NCBI GenBank assembly: GCA_017555825.1 | Contig: JAFZFQ010000046.1 | Location: 8,741 to 72,740, forward strand | Length of the DNA stretch: 64,000 nt | Direction: 5' to 3' | DNA from: Bacteroidaceae bacterium | GTDB lineage: Bacteria > Bacteroidota > Bacteroidia > Bacteroidales > Barnesiellaceae_A | Part shown: piece after piece, positions 19,333 to 28,951 of the stretch | Position numbering within the stretch: the first letter of the stretch is position 1 | How the letters are laid out: every line of letters begins with the position of its first letter | Program-made: the position numbers and the translations under genes | Notes under the pieces: model-generated | What the model saw: the letters and a program-made list of their open reading frames with translations, nothing else | Database searches by the model: none | Told to the model about the DNA's origin: nothing

Positions 19333-20467
19333 AAAACCGCAGCGAGGCAAGGCCGATAAAGGCAAGAAGCGTGCCAATCCATTGCGTAGGGCTGTAGCAA
19401 TAGTTGTGCTGTTGCTGTCGGTCGTATCGTCGGTAATGCTTGTTGCGGCTGCCTATGTCGAGTATCTTTCGCCCGAGCAATATACTCTCCCGGCGCTGTT
19501 GGGACTTGCCTTCCCACTTTTTGCACTCTCTACAATTGTACTTTTTGTCTTTTTGTTATTGCTTTATCCTCGCTATTCGCTCCTGTCGCTTGTGGCTTTG
19601 TTGCTGTCGATACCCGCTATGCGACAATACTGTCCTATCAACAGAGGCAACGACCGTCTCATAACCAATCGACCGGGATTTTCGATGCTTACCTACAACA
19701 CGTTTCACTTTGAAGATGTAGAAAAAGAGGCGTTAGAGGGGCAAATCGATTACAATCGTACGCTGCAAAACATCATCAATGCCGACGCCGATATTGTGGC
19801 TATCCAAGAGCGGGCTTATTCTTCGTTCAAAGAGAACAAGCGCCTCAAGTTTACTGCAGAGCAGGTTGCCGAGTTAAATAAGCTATACCCTCACCAAATT
19901 ACAAAATCGAAGGGCGCTATACTCTCTAAGTATCCGGTTCGACTGCTCTCAGACACGACATATACCCAAACTGCGTTTACAACCGTGTATGAAGCCGATA
20001 TAGATGGCCGCGTGGTGACAATCATAAACAGTCACCTGCAATCTATAGGCTTTACAAGTGACGACAAGGCGCTGTATGAGGAGTTGACAAGTCGCCCCGA
20101 CAGTATTGATGGTAAAATAGGTGAGGCAAAACAATTTACGCACAAGTTGCTCGATGCCTTTGTACAGCGAGCTCGTCAAGTAGAGGCTGTCGATTCTATT
20201 GCACGCAGTATAGGTGGCAACATCATCTTGTGTGGCGATATCAACGACACCCCCAACTCATACGCCTACCATGTGCTGAAGAAAAATCGCAATGATGTAT
20301 ATCTCGACTTGGGCTCGGGTCCGGGATATACCTATATGGCCAATCGCATGTGGGTGCGCATCGACTACTTGTTGTACGAGGGCGATATGCAACCGCGATA
20401 TGTGAATGTTATAGAGAAACGCTCGTCCGATCACTACCCTGTATATGCCGAATTTGAATGGAAATAG
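19316..20467 (+). CDS. Endonuclease/exonuclease/phosphatase family membrane protein
   Basis: MLTYNT, ADIVAIQE, CGDINDTP, RIDY, SDHYPV; start moved to MPKRT (19316). Confidence 0.88.
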   Translation: MPKRTKKPQRGKADKGKKRANPLRRAVAIVVLLLSVVSSVMLVAAAYVEYLSPEQYTLPALLGLAFPLFALSTIVLFVFLLLLYPRYSLLSLVALLLSIPAMRQYCPINRGNDRLITNRPGFSMLTYNTFHFEDVEKEALEGQIDYNRTLQNIINADADIVAIQERAYSSFKENKRLKFTAEQVAELNKLYPHQITKSKGAILSKYPVRLLSDTTYTQTAFTTVYEADIDGRVVTIINSHLQSIGFTSDDKALYEELTSRPDSIDGKIGEAKQFTHKLLDAFVQRARQVEAVDSIARSIGGNIILCGDINDTPNSYAYHVLKKNRNDVYLDLGSGPGYTYMANRMWVRIDYLLYEGDMQPRYVNVIEKRSSDHYPVYAEFEWK

Positions 20468-20589
20468 CACATTATTAGTGCTGTAATCACATTCTTCTCT
20501 TTAAAAATTGGTGTATATCTGCAAAAATATCTATTTTTGTGCCGTTAAGAAAGAGACACGACATATTAATATTTTTAAACCTATAATCA

Positions 20590-22683
20590 ATGAAACGTTT
20601 ATTTTTACCTGCAATCATCTGCCTTATGATGACCGCATGTCAACAACAATCAAGCAATCCGTTCTTGAGTGCCTACAACACTCCCTTCGATGTGCCTCCC
20701 TTTGAGCAAATCGAAAACGAACACTACATGCCCGCATTTGAAGAGGGTATCAAACAACAAAAAGCCGAGATTGAGGCTATCGTAAATAACCCCGAGACTC
20801 CCAATTTCGAGAATACTATTTTGGCTCTCGACTTGAGCGGTATGCTCTTGCGCAATGTAGAGCTCACATTCTTCTCGTTCACCGAGTCTATGTCTAACGA
20901 CACTCTTCGCGATATCGCTGCCGAGATAACTCCTATGCTCACAGCTCACGCCGACGATATTATGCTCAACGATGCTCTCTTTGAGCGTATCAAGGTGGTA
21001 TATGACAACCGCGAGAGCGAGAATCTCGATCGCGCTCAAGAGCGTCTTTTGGAGAAATATTACAACAGCTTCGTTCGCTCGGGTGCTCTCCTCTCAGCCG
21101 AGGATAAAGAGACTTTGCGCGGTATCAACAGCGAGTTGTCATCGCTCTCTCTTAGCTTTGGTAACAATGTATTGGCCGAGAACAACGCTTTTGAGTTGCT
21201 CATCACCGATGAGGCCGACCTCGCAGGTCTTCCCGCCGGTACTGTAGCTGCTGCTAAAGAAGAGGCTGCCGCTCAAGGCAAAGAGGGTTGGATGTTTAAC
21301 CTCTCTGCTCCCAGCCGCATTCCTTTCTTGCAATATGCCGACAACCGCGACTTGCGCGAGAAACTCTATACTGCCTATGTAATGCGTGGCGATAACGACA
21401 ACGAAAATGACAACAAGGCCAACATCAAACGCATCCTCGAATTGCGCTTGCAAAAGGCTCAACTCCTTGGCTACAAGACTTATGCCGACTTCGTTCTCGA
21501 CGACCGTATGGCTAAGACCGACAAGGCTGTAAACGACCTCTTGCTCAATATCTGGAAATATGCTGTTCCCCGCGCTAAAGAAGAGATTGCCGATATGCAA
21601 AAGATTATCGACCGCGAAGGTGGTAACTTCAAGCTCGCTCCCTGGGACTATGCCTACTATGCCGAGAAAGTTCGTCAAGAAAAATATGCTCTCAACGAAG
21701 ATGAGTTGAAGCCCTACTTCTCACTCAATAAAGTACTCGATGGTGTATTTATGGTAGCCGAGAAACTCTATGGTATTACATTCCAAGAGCGCACCGACAT
21801 TCCTTCATATCACCCCGAAGTGCGCACATACGAGGTATTCGATGCCGAAGGCAAGCACCTCTCTGTATTCTTCTGCGACTACTTCCCCCGCGCAAGCAAG
21901 CGTTCAGGTGCTTGGATGAGCACATTCCGCGAGTCGTATGTTGACGCCAATGGCAACGAAGTTCGCCCCTTGGTATACAACGTTGGTAACTTTACCAAGC
22001 CCACTGCCGAGACTCCCTCATTGCTCACTCTCGACGAGGTTGAGACACTCTTCCACGAGTTTGGCCACGGCTTGCACGGCATGCTCACTCGCGTCGATTA
22101 CTATGGTATCAGCGGTACAAGTGTAGCTCGCGACTTCGTAGAGTTGCCCTCACAAATCACCGAGCACTGGGCTACTCACCCCGAGGTATTGAAAATGTAT
22201 GCTCACCACTACGAGACAGGCGAAGTAATTCCCGACGAGCTCATTGCTAAGATGGAGCGTGCCGGTAGCTTCAACCAAGGTTTTGCTACTACCGAGTTGG
22301 TAGCTGCTGCTCTCCTCGATATGCGCATGCACGAGTTGACCAACTACGACAACTTCGACGCTCGCGAGTTCGAGAAACAAGTTGCTGCCGAGCTTGGCCT
22401 TCCCGCCGAGATTACCTATCGCTATCGCAGCATGCACTTCAACCACGTATTCTCTGGTGGCTATGAGGTAGGTTACTACAGCTACCTTTGGGCCGAGGTG
22501 CTCGATGCCGATGCTTTCGAGGCATTTGTTGAGAATGGTATCTTCGACAAGGCTACTGCCGATGCCTTCCGCATCAACATACTTGAGGCCGGTTCGAGCG
22601 AGGATCCCATGAAGCTCTTCATCCAATTCCGTGGCGCAGAGCCCAACCCCGAAGCTCTCATCCGCGGTCGTGGTCTTAAATAA
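20590..22683 (+). CDS. dcp: M3 family metallopeptidase (peptidyl-dipeptidase Dcp-like), lipoprotein
   Basis: Lipobox MTAC; LFHEFGHGLH; RDFVELPSQ; YYSYLWAEVLDAD. Confidence 0.9.
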   Translation: MKRLFLPAIICLMMTACQQQSSNPFLSAYNTPFDVPPFEQIENEHYMPAFEEGIKQQKAEIEAIVNNPETPNFENTILALDLSGMLLRNVELTFFSFTESMSNDTLRDIAAEITPMLTAHADDIMLNDALFERIKVVYDNRESENLDRAQERLLEKYYNSFVRSGALLSAEDKETLRGINSELSSLSLSFGNNVLAENNAFELLITDEADLAGLPAGTVAAAKEEAAAQGKEGWMFNLSAPSRIPFLQYADNRDLREKLYTAYVMRGDNDNENDNKANIKRILELRLQKAQLLGYKTYADFVLDDRMAKTDKAVNDLLLNIWKYAVPRAKEEIADMQKIIDREGGNFKLAPWDYAYYAEKVRQEKYALNEDELKPYFSLNKVLDGVFMVAEKLYGITFQERTDIPSYHPEVRTYEVFDAEGKHLSVFFCDYFPRASKRSGAWMSTFRESYVDANGNEVRPLVYNVGNFTKPTAETPSLLTLDEVETLFHEFGHGLHGMLTRVDYYGISGTSVARDFVELPSQITEHWATHPEVLKMYAHHYETGEVIPDELIAKMERAGSFNQGFATTELVAAALLDMRMHELTNYDNFDAREFEKQVAAELGLPAEITYRYRSMHFNHVFSGGYEVGYYSYLWAEVLDADAFEAFVENGIFDKATADAFRINILEAGSSEDPMKLFIQFRGAEPNPEALIRGRGLK

Positions 22684-22711
22684 GATTATACACCAATCTT
22701 CTACATACACG

Positions 22712-22750
22712 GGTCGGGCTGTCGCATGGCAGCCCGACCTTTTTTCTTTT
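22712..22750 (+). terminator. Intrinsic terminator
   Basis: ggtcgggctg...cagcccgacc hairpin plus T-run. Confidence 0.8.
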
Positions 22751-22828
22751 TTATGTATTGTATCTTCTCGTCGCTTTAGCTATCTTTGCGCAATAGATTC
22801 CGATACCTTAACTATAACATATAACGCT

Positions 22829-23605
22829 ATGTCAACAGTACTTTTTCACGAGATAGTTTTTGGCCCCATACGCAGTCGTCGTTTGGGCGTTTCGTTGGGC
22901 GTAAATCTTTTGCCCCTCGATGGTAAGTGGTGCTCATACGACTGCATCTACTGTGAGTGTGGCTATAATGCCGACAATCGCGAAGACCGTAAAATATACA
23001 ATCGCGACGAGGTGCGCACAGCTCTTGCTACCAAGCTTGCTCAAATGCGTGAGGCAAATGATCCGCTCGATGTCATTACCTTTGCCGGTAATGGTGAGCC
23101 CACGTTGCACCCCGAGTTTGAGGGTATTATCGACGATACCATTGCCTTGCGCAATGAGTTCTATCCTTCGGCGCAGATTACTGTACTCACCAACTCTACT
23201 CGTCTCGAAGATGATAGCGTCTACAGTGCACTGTGCAAGATAGACAACAATTGCCTCAAACTCGATACCATGAATGCTCGCACCATGCGCCTCATGAATG
23301 TGCCTGCAGGACACTGCGACCCCGAGCGTGTTGTGCGTGCTATTGAGCGCTTCGAGGGTCGTTGCATTGTGCAGACCATGTTTACCCGAGGCGAGCACGA
23401 CGGTGAGCGTGTAGATAATACCACCGAGCAAGAGGTGGCCGACTGGTTGAAGGCTATCGAGCGCATACGTCCCCGTCAAGTACAGATATACTCTATCGAC
23501 CGCAAGACTCCCGAGCAATCGCTCGAAAAAGTTCCTGTCGAAGAGCTACGCACCATAGGCGAGCGTGTCAAAGCCCTTGGCATTGACGTTAATGTTGCCG
23601 GATAA
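22829..23605 (+). CDS. Radical SAM protein (TYW1/COG0731-like, function unknown)
   Basis: VFGPIRSRRLGVSLGVNL, CSYDCIYCECG (CxxxCxxC), TFAGNGEPTLHP. Start moved to MSTVLF (22829), downstream of TATCTTTG at 22781. Confidence 0.85.
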   Translation: MSTVLFHEIVFGPIRSRRLGVSLGVNLLPLDGKWCSYDCIYCECGYNADNREDRKIYNRDEVRTALATKLAQMREANDPLDVITFAGNGEPTLHPEFEGIIDDTIALRNEFYPSAQITVLTNSTRLEDDSVYSALCKIDNNCLKLDTMNARTMRLMNVPAGHCDPERVVRAIERFEGRCIVQTMFTRGEHDGERVDNTTEQEVADWLKAIERIRPRQVQIYSIDRKTPEQSLEKVPVEELRTIGERVKALGIDVNVAG

Positions 23606-23633
23606 GCTATAAGTATATACCCCCAAAAAAATA

Positions 23634-23667
23634 AAGAGTCTTGCCCCGTGCATGGAGCAAGACTCTT
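23634..23667. terminator. Intrinsic terminator between convergent genes
   Basis: aagagtcttgc...gcaagactctt hairpin; T-run on the minus strand. Confidence 0.7.
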
Positions 23668-23787
23668 CTCATTATATACCCACCTATGCCCATGGTCGTA
23701 GGCATAAGTCTATCTCATAATCCGGAGATAATATCTATTACATCACACCTTTACGGGTAGCAAGGTGCTTTTCTTTGTCATTTGCCA

Positions 23788-24945
23788 CTACAGCACTACC
23801 TTGGCAGTAGCGCCACTATTGAGGCGGGCTATATACACACCTGCAGGGAGTGTAGCCACATCGATGTTAGCCGTAGTAGCACCTTGGCGCACAGCTTGTG
23901 TAGCCACTGCACGACCCGTAGCGTCATATAGCGTGATAGCTTCGCCTGCCTGAGCTGTGGGGAACTCCGCCATCAGCGCATCGCCATTGTTATATATTAC
24001 GAGAGATTCTTTATCTAATAAATGTTTGTATACACCTGCCGGGTATATTGTGGCACTTTCGCATGTGTTGCACAATTCAATATAGATTTCATTATAGGCT
24101 AAATCTCCGATGAACGCTGTCACTGAAAACTGATAATTGTCGAAATTGTCAAGATATAACGATGTATTGGCCAAATATAGTTTAAGTCTGTTTCCATCTA
24201 ATTTTACAACAGCACATTTATCATCGCCCCATCCGGTTAATAAACTGCCTACTATTGTTATGTATTCTCCTTCGATTGAGGCCGATAATTCTATTGTCTC
24301 GTCACAGTGTTCAAGCGTGTTGATGGGATATATCTTGTATCCTGCATCATATACCGATTTACCGTCGCGATTGAAAGAGAGAAGTTGATTTTTTTCTCCG
24401 TTGGGCATTACAACAATATTTTTCCCAGACAATATACTCCAAGTTGAACCAATACCATGTAGTATCTTATCATTTATATTTTGTTTGCTATCATCTTGAA
24501 AGGTAACTTCGACCTGCATATAGTCCAATATATTGCCATTTGCATCTGTAACTGTTCCCAACTCGTATATCTGACATTTTTTTATATCTTCAGGCGTCCC
24601 GCCATTGATATAGTTATCTATTGGTAATTCTTTGCCCACATACCATTCGCCAAAGTCATATATGCAATACTCTGTATTGTCTTTAAAATTGTATCGGTAT
24701 ACCATATTATCGTCGGTAGTTCGTAGTAGTGCGCTAACTTTATTATTATAGTCATTACGAACTACTTGATATGTTAAACCATTAACAACAGTGTCTTTGT
24801 CGATGTAGAAATTATAAACAGATATAGCGTCGAATGAGTAGCTCATTTGACACCATTGTGTTGTATTGTTGTAAAACTTATTGTTGCTATAAGTAATCAG
24901 TGTTATTAAGCTCAACAAAACCGATAACAAAACTCTTCTTTTCAT
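23788..24945 (-). CDS. T9SS type A CTD protein with AT-rich passenger
   Basis: Signal peptide MKRRVLLSVLLSLITLITYS; CTD ITLYDATGRAV...IDVATLPAGVYIARL...KVVL; passenger motifs IDKDTVVNGLTYQ, EYCIYDF, HGIGS. Confidence 0.85.
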   Translation of the reverse strand: MKRRVLLSVLLSLITLITYSNNKFYNNTTQWCQMSYSFDAISVYNFYIDKDTVVNGLTYQVVRNDYNNKVSALLRTTDDNMVYRYNFKDNTEYCIYDFGEWYVGKELPIDNYINGGTPEDIKKCQIYELGTVTDANGNILDYMQVEVTFQDDSKQNINDKILHGIGSTWSILSGKNIVVMPNGEKNQLLSFNRDGKSVYDAGYKIYPINTLEHCDETIELSASIEGEYITIVGSLLTGWGDDKCAVVKLDGNRLKLYLANTSLYLDNFDNYQFSVTAFIGDLAYNEIYIELCNTCESATIYPAGVYKHLLDKESLVIYNNGDALMAEFPTAQAGEAITLYDATGRAVATQAVRQGATTANIDVATLPAGVYIARLNSGATAKVVL

Positions 24946-24993
24946 AATCTATTGATATATAGTTCTTAATTCTGTAAAACTTCTATAATTGCG

Positions 24994-25173
24994 TTATTGG
25001 GCAAGTAAAAACCCATTTGAAAACTTTGCAGTAGGTACATCTGTGATAATATGTTTTCCTATACCTTTTTCTATCTACGCGTTACCGCTTTGAAGAAATG
25101 GGGTATACTTATGCTCGGCGTAAGTAGCCAACGAGAATGCCAATGTGGCAAAAAGAAGTAGTGACTTTTTCAT
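24994..25173 (-). pseudogene. Remnant leader of an exported protein, interrupted by TAG
   Basis: Hand translation: MKKSLLLFATLAFSLATYAEHKYTPFLQSGNA*IEKGIGKHIITDVPTAKFSNGFLLAQ*. Intact signal peptide; TAG at 25075-25077. Confidence 0.55.
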
Positions 25174-25248
25174 GGTATTTGGTATTGGTTCTGAGCGCAA
25201 GCTATTGAATATTAGTTAATAAAACAATAGTTTTGACTATTTATTAAC

Positions 25249-25256
25249 CAAATTTA
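25249..25256 (-). promoter_or_regulatory. -7 promoter element (TAAATTTG) upstream of remnant leader / T9SS gene
   Basis: TAnnTTTG match. Confidence 0.45.
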
Positions 25257-25322
25257 ACAAACGGGGGGGTAATTACATCCTCTTAACATTTTATCGCGAG
25301 AATGCAATGTGTGTAGGGGGGG

Positions 25323-25790
25323 TCAATCTATTTCGGCAAGTAGTTCGCAAGCCGTGCGGTGTAGGATGGGGTGTACCCAAGATGGGGCTATCTCACAGAG
25401 GGGCGCGAGTACGAAACGGCGTAGATGCATGCGGGGGTGTGGCAGTGTGAGTACCTCGTCGTTGCATACTATATCATCGCATGCAATGAGGTCTATATCG
25501 AGTGAGCGGTCGCAGTATGAGCCATCGGCATTGCGGTGTGTGGTGCAGCCCAGGTCGAGTTCTATGCGGTGTGTCGTAGCCAGTACATCGTGTGGTGTCA
25601 TGGTGCTGCGCACGGCTATAACGGCGTTCATAAAGAGGTTGTCCGACTCGAAGCCGTCGGCGCGGGTTTCATACATCGACGAGCGGGCGACTACCTCGCC
25701 AATACGCTTGCCTATCAAGGCAATCGCTTGCATCAATATTTGCTCTCTTTCTCCTATATTCGAGCCGAGTCCTATGTAAAAAAGTTTCAT
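25323..25790 (-). CDS. folK: 2-amino-4-hydroxy-6-hydroxymethyldihydropteridine diphosphokinase
   Basis: IGLGSNIG, SMYET, FMNAV, DRSLDIDL, LPHPRMHLRRFVLAPL. Confidence 0.95.
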   Translation of the reverse strand: MKLFYIGLGSNIGEREQILMQAIALIGKRIGEVVARSSMYETRADGFESDNLFMNAVIAVRSTMTPHDVLATTHRIELDLGCTTHRNADGSYCDRSLDIDLIACDDIVCNDEVLTLPHPRMHLRRFVLAPLCEIAPSWVHPILHRTACELLAEID

Positions 25791-26002
25791 AAAAAACCGT
25801 TTATAAACTATTCAAACCCTTGTTTTGTGTTGCAAAGTTATCAAAAAAGTTTATCGGTGCAACAATGCAAATGATATTTTTGTTGAAAAATATATCTCTT
25901 TTTATGCCGTTAGTATGGCGAAAAAGCTATACCTTTACGCTCGATTTCGCCTCCAAAAGCGGGGCAATTTAATGTAAAGATTTAACAAAAACAGCATAAT
26001 CA

Positions 26003-28381
26003 ATGGAGACCAAAGTCATTACCATCATCAAGCGCGACGGAGCGTCGGAGGCTTTTTCGATTGACAAGATAAAAAGAGCCATCGAGAAGGCCTATCGTGC
26101 CGGCAACATCAACGACGAGTCTACAATAAATCAAGTGGCCGAGCGTGTGATGCAAAACATTACTACTACCGAGGTGTCGGTAGAGCAAGTGCAAGACCTT
26201 GTCGAAATGGAGTTGATGCGTGTCAATCCCGATATTGCCAAGCGATATATTATCTATCGCGAGTGGCGTACCAAGGAGCGCGACAAGCGCACGTCGATGA
26301 AGCATGTGATGGATGGTATTGTGTCGGTAGAGAAAAACGATATAAACCTGAGCAATGCCAATATGTCGTCGCACACTCCTGCCGGACAGATGATGACCTT
26401 TGCCTCGGAGGTAACAAAAGATTATGCCTATAAATACTTGGTGGGTGTGCGCTATGCTCGTGCGCACAAGAATGGCGATATACACATTCACGACCTCGAC
26501 TATTACCCTACCAAGACCACTACTTGTACTCAATATGACCTCGACGATATTTTCTCTCGCGGTTTCCACACCAAGAATGGTACTGTGCGTCCGCCTCAAT
26601 CTATCTTGAGCTATGCGACGTTGGCTACCATTATATTCCAAACCAACCAGAATGAGCAACACGGCGGACAGTCTATCCCTGCCTTCGATCACTTTATGGC
26701 AGCCGGTGTGCTCAAGAGCTTCCGCAAGCACCTTATAGATGGTATATCGTTCTTGATGGAGTTGAAGGGTTGTGAGAAGGCTGCCGACTTGAAAGAGGCC
26801 TTTGCAACTGTTATAACCACCATTGCCGAGAATGATGCTCAGAGCGAAGCGGTATTGAAGGTGTTGCAAGAGCAAGGTGTGGAGATAACCATGCCCGAGT
26901 TGCACAAGTTGTGGATGCACAGCTATGAGTCTACTCGCAAAGATACCCACCAAGCTATGGAGGGACTTATACACAATCTCAATACTATGCACTCACGTGG
27001 TGGTAATCAAGTGGTATTCAGCTCTATCAACTATGGTACCGATACCAGCGCCGAGGGTCGCATGGTGATACGTGAATTGTTGGCTTCTACTGTTAAAGGA
27101 CTTGGAACAGGCGAGGTGCCTGTTTTCCCTATACAGATTTTCAAGGTAAAAGAGGGTGTATCGTACTCGGAGGCCGACTACAACAAGGCAATGGAGAATA
27201 TCGAAGATGCCTTGGCCGGCAAGATGGAGTTTGAGACTCCCAACTTTGACCTCTTGTTGCTTGCTTGCAAGACTACTTCTACATCGTTGTTCCCCAACTT
27301 CCTCTTCCTCGACGCGCCCTACAATGTGCATGAGGATTGGCGTGCCGACGACCCCAATCGTTTCCGCTACGAAGTAGCTACCATGGGTTGTCGTACACGT
27401 GTGTTTGAGAATCTCAACGGATTGAAGAGCTCTTGGGGTCGTGGCAACCTCTCATTTACCTCTATGAATATGCCTCGCTTGGCTATTGAGGCACGTCGCG
27501 AGGCCGAGGAGTTGCACCCCTACGACGACAAGCACGTAGTGCGCAAGGAGGCTCGCATCATCTTCCTCGAAAAGGTGCGCATGATGACTGCTATGATTGC
27601 CGAGCAACTCTATGAACGCTATCAATACCAGCGCACTGCACTTGCACGTCAGTTCCCCTTCATGATGGGCAACGATGTGTGGAAGGGTGGTATGCAACTT
27701 GCCCCCAACGACGAAGTGGGCGATACGCTTCTCTCGGGCACATTGGGTATAGGCTTTATCGGTGGTCACAACGCTATGGTGGCTATCTACGACGAGGGTC
27801 ACACCCATAGCCAAGAGGCATGGCACACTCTTTACGATGCTATACAAGTAATGAACACTGTTGTAGAGGAGTATAAGCTGCGTTATGGTCTCAACTATTC
27901 GGTGTTGGCTACTCCTGCCGAGGGCTTGTCGGGTCGCTTTACCAAGATGGACCGCCAACGTTATGGCGTGATACCCGGTGTTACCGATCGCGACTACTAT
28001 GTAAACTCGTTCCATATCGACGTGAAAGAGCCCATAAGCATTGTCGACAAAATCAAGAAAGAGGCTCCTTTCCATGCTATTACTCGTGGTGGTCACATTA
28101 CATACGTGGAGCTCGATGGTGAGGCCAAGAAAAATGTAGTGGTGGTGCTCAAGATTGTAAAAGTGATGCAAGACGAGGGCATTGGTTACGGCTCTATCAA
28201 TCACCCCATTGACACTTGTCGCGAGTGCGGTTACAAGGGTGTGATATACAGCAAATGCCCTGTGTGTCAGAGCGAAAATATCATGCGCATGCGTCGCATT
28301 ACAGGTTACTTGACCGGTAGTCTTGAAACATGGAACTCGGCCAAGCAAGCCGAGGAGCGTGACCGTGTAAAACATACCTAA
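26003..28381 (+). CDS. nrdD: Anaerobic ribonucleoside-triphosphate reductase (class III) with ATP cone
   Basis: IIKRDG ATP cone, HIHDLDYY, MGCRT, Zn site CRECG...CPVC, glycyl radical motif RRITGYL. Confidence 0.97.
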   Translation: METKVITIIKRDGASEAFSIDKIKRAIEKAYRAGNINDESTINQVAERVMQNITTTEVSVEQVQDLVEMELMRVNPDIAKRYIIYREWRTKERDKRTSMKHVMDGIVSVEKNDINLSNANMSSHTPAGQMMTFASEVTKDYAYKYLVGVRYARAHKNGDIHIHDLDYYPTKTTTCTQYDLDDIFSRGFHTKNGTVRPPQSILSYATLATIIFQTNQNEQHGGQSIPAFDHFMAAGVLKSFRKHLIDGISFLMELKGCEKAADLKEAFATVITTIAENDAQSEAVLKVLQEQGVEITMPELHKLWMHSYESTRKDTHQAMEGLIHNLNTMHSRGGNQVVFSSINYGTDTSAEGRMVIRELLASTVKGLGTGEVPVFPIQIFKVKEGVSYSEADYNKAMENIEDALAGKMEFETPNFDLLLLACKTTSTSLFPNFLFLDAPYNVHEDWRADDPNRFRYEVATMGCRTRVFENLNGLKSSWGRGNLSFTSMNMPRLAIEARREAEELHPYDDKHVVRKEARIIFLEKVRMMTAMIAEQLYERYQYQRTALARQFPFMMGNDVWKGGMQLAPNDEVGDTLLSGTLGIGFIGGHNAMVAIYDEGHTHSQEAWHTLYDAIQVMNTVVEEYKLRYGLNYSVLATPAEGLSGRFTKMDRQRYGVIPGVTDRDYYVNSFHIDVKEPISIVDKIKKEAPFHAITRGGHITYVELDGEAKKNVVVVLKIVKVMQDEGIGYGSINHPIDTCRECGYKGVIYSKCPVCQSENIMRMRRITGYLTGSLETWNSAKQAEERDRVKHT

Positions 28382-28890
28382 TGCACCAACTCAATATTAT
28401 AAATGTATTTCCCGAGACCATAGCCGACGGCTATGGTCTTCGTTATGCCATTTACTTGGCCGGATGTCGTCATGCTTGTGAGGGGTGTCACAACCCCGAG
28501 AGCTGGTCGCCTACAGCCGGCGAACCTTTTACCGAAGAGATATTATTGCGTATCATTGACGAGATTAACAGCGATAGCCTGCTCGACGGTATTACCTTGA
28601 CGGGGGGCGATCCTTTTTACAACCCTGAGGCTCTGCTCGAACTGCTGGTGCGTCTCAAGCGCGAGACAAAGCAGAACATCTGGTGCTACACAGGCTTCAC
28701 CTACGAGGCGCTGATGCAACACGAGATTACCCGCGACTGCTTGCGTTTTATCGATACCCTTGTCGATGGGCCATTTGTCAAGCGACTCTATGACCCTGCG
28801 TTGCACTTCAGGGGAAGTAGCAATCAGCGCATCCTACACCTGCATCCTAATGCTACAACCATCGCCCGGGAGGGTGGATATAGACCATAA
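28381..28890 (+). CDS. nrdG: Anaerobic RNR activating enzyme
   Basis: GCRHACEGCHNPESW, GITLTGGDP, FRGSSNQR. Confidence 0.95.
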   Translation: MHQLNIINVFPETIADGYGLRYAIYLAGCRHACEGCHNPESWSPTAGEPFTEEILLRIIDEINSDSLLDGITLTGGDPFYNPEALLELLVRLKRETKQNIWCYTGFTYEALMQHEITRDCLRFIDTLVDGPFVKRLYDPALHFRGSSNQRILHLHPNATTIAREGGYRP

Positions 28891-28891
28891 G

Positions 28892-28933
28892 AAAACCGGT
28901 GTGTCAGATAAAATTTCTTGACACACCGGTTTT
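28892..28933. terminator. Bidirectional intrinsic terminator
   Basis: aaaaccggtgtgtca...tgacacaccggtttt 15-bp stem between convergent genes. Confidence 0.8.
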
Positions 28934-28951
28934 TTTATTATAGCCGAAGCC

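Noticed and set aside
23990-25070. AT-rich block as IS, prophage or integron cassette
   Set aside because: No transposase, integrase, terminal inverted repeats, target duplication or attC-like site was seen; treated as a gene chimera instead.
26003-28381. Possible intein or intron in nrdD
   Set aside because: The length (792 aa) is ordinary for Bacteroidales NrdD, and no splicing or homing-endonuclease motifs were seen.
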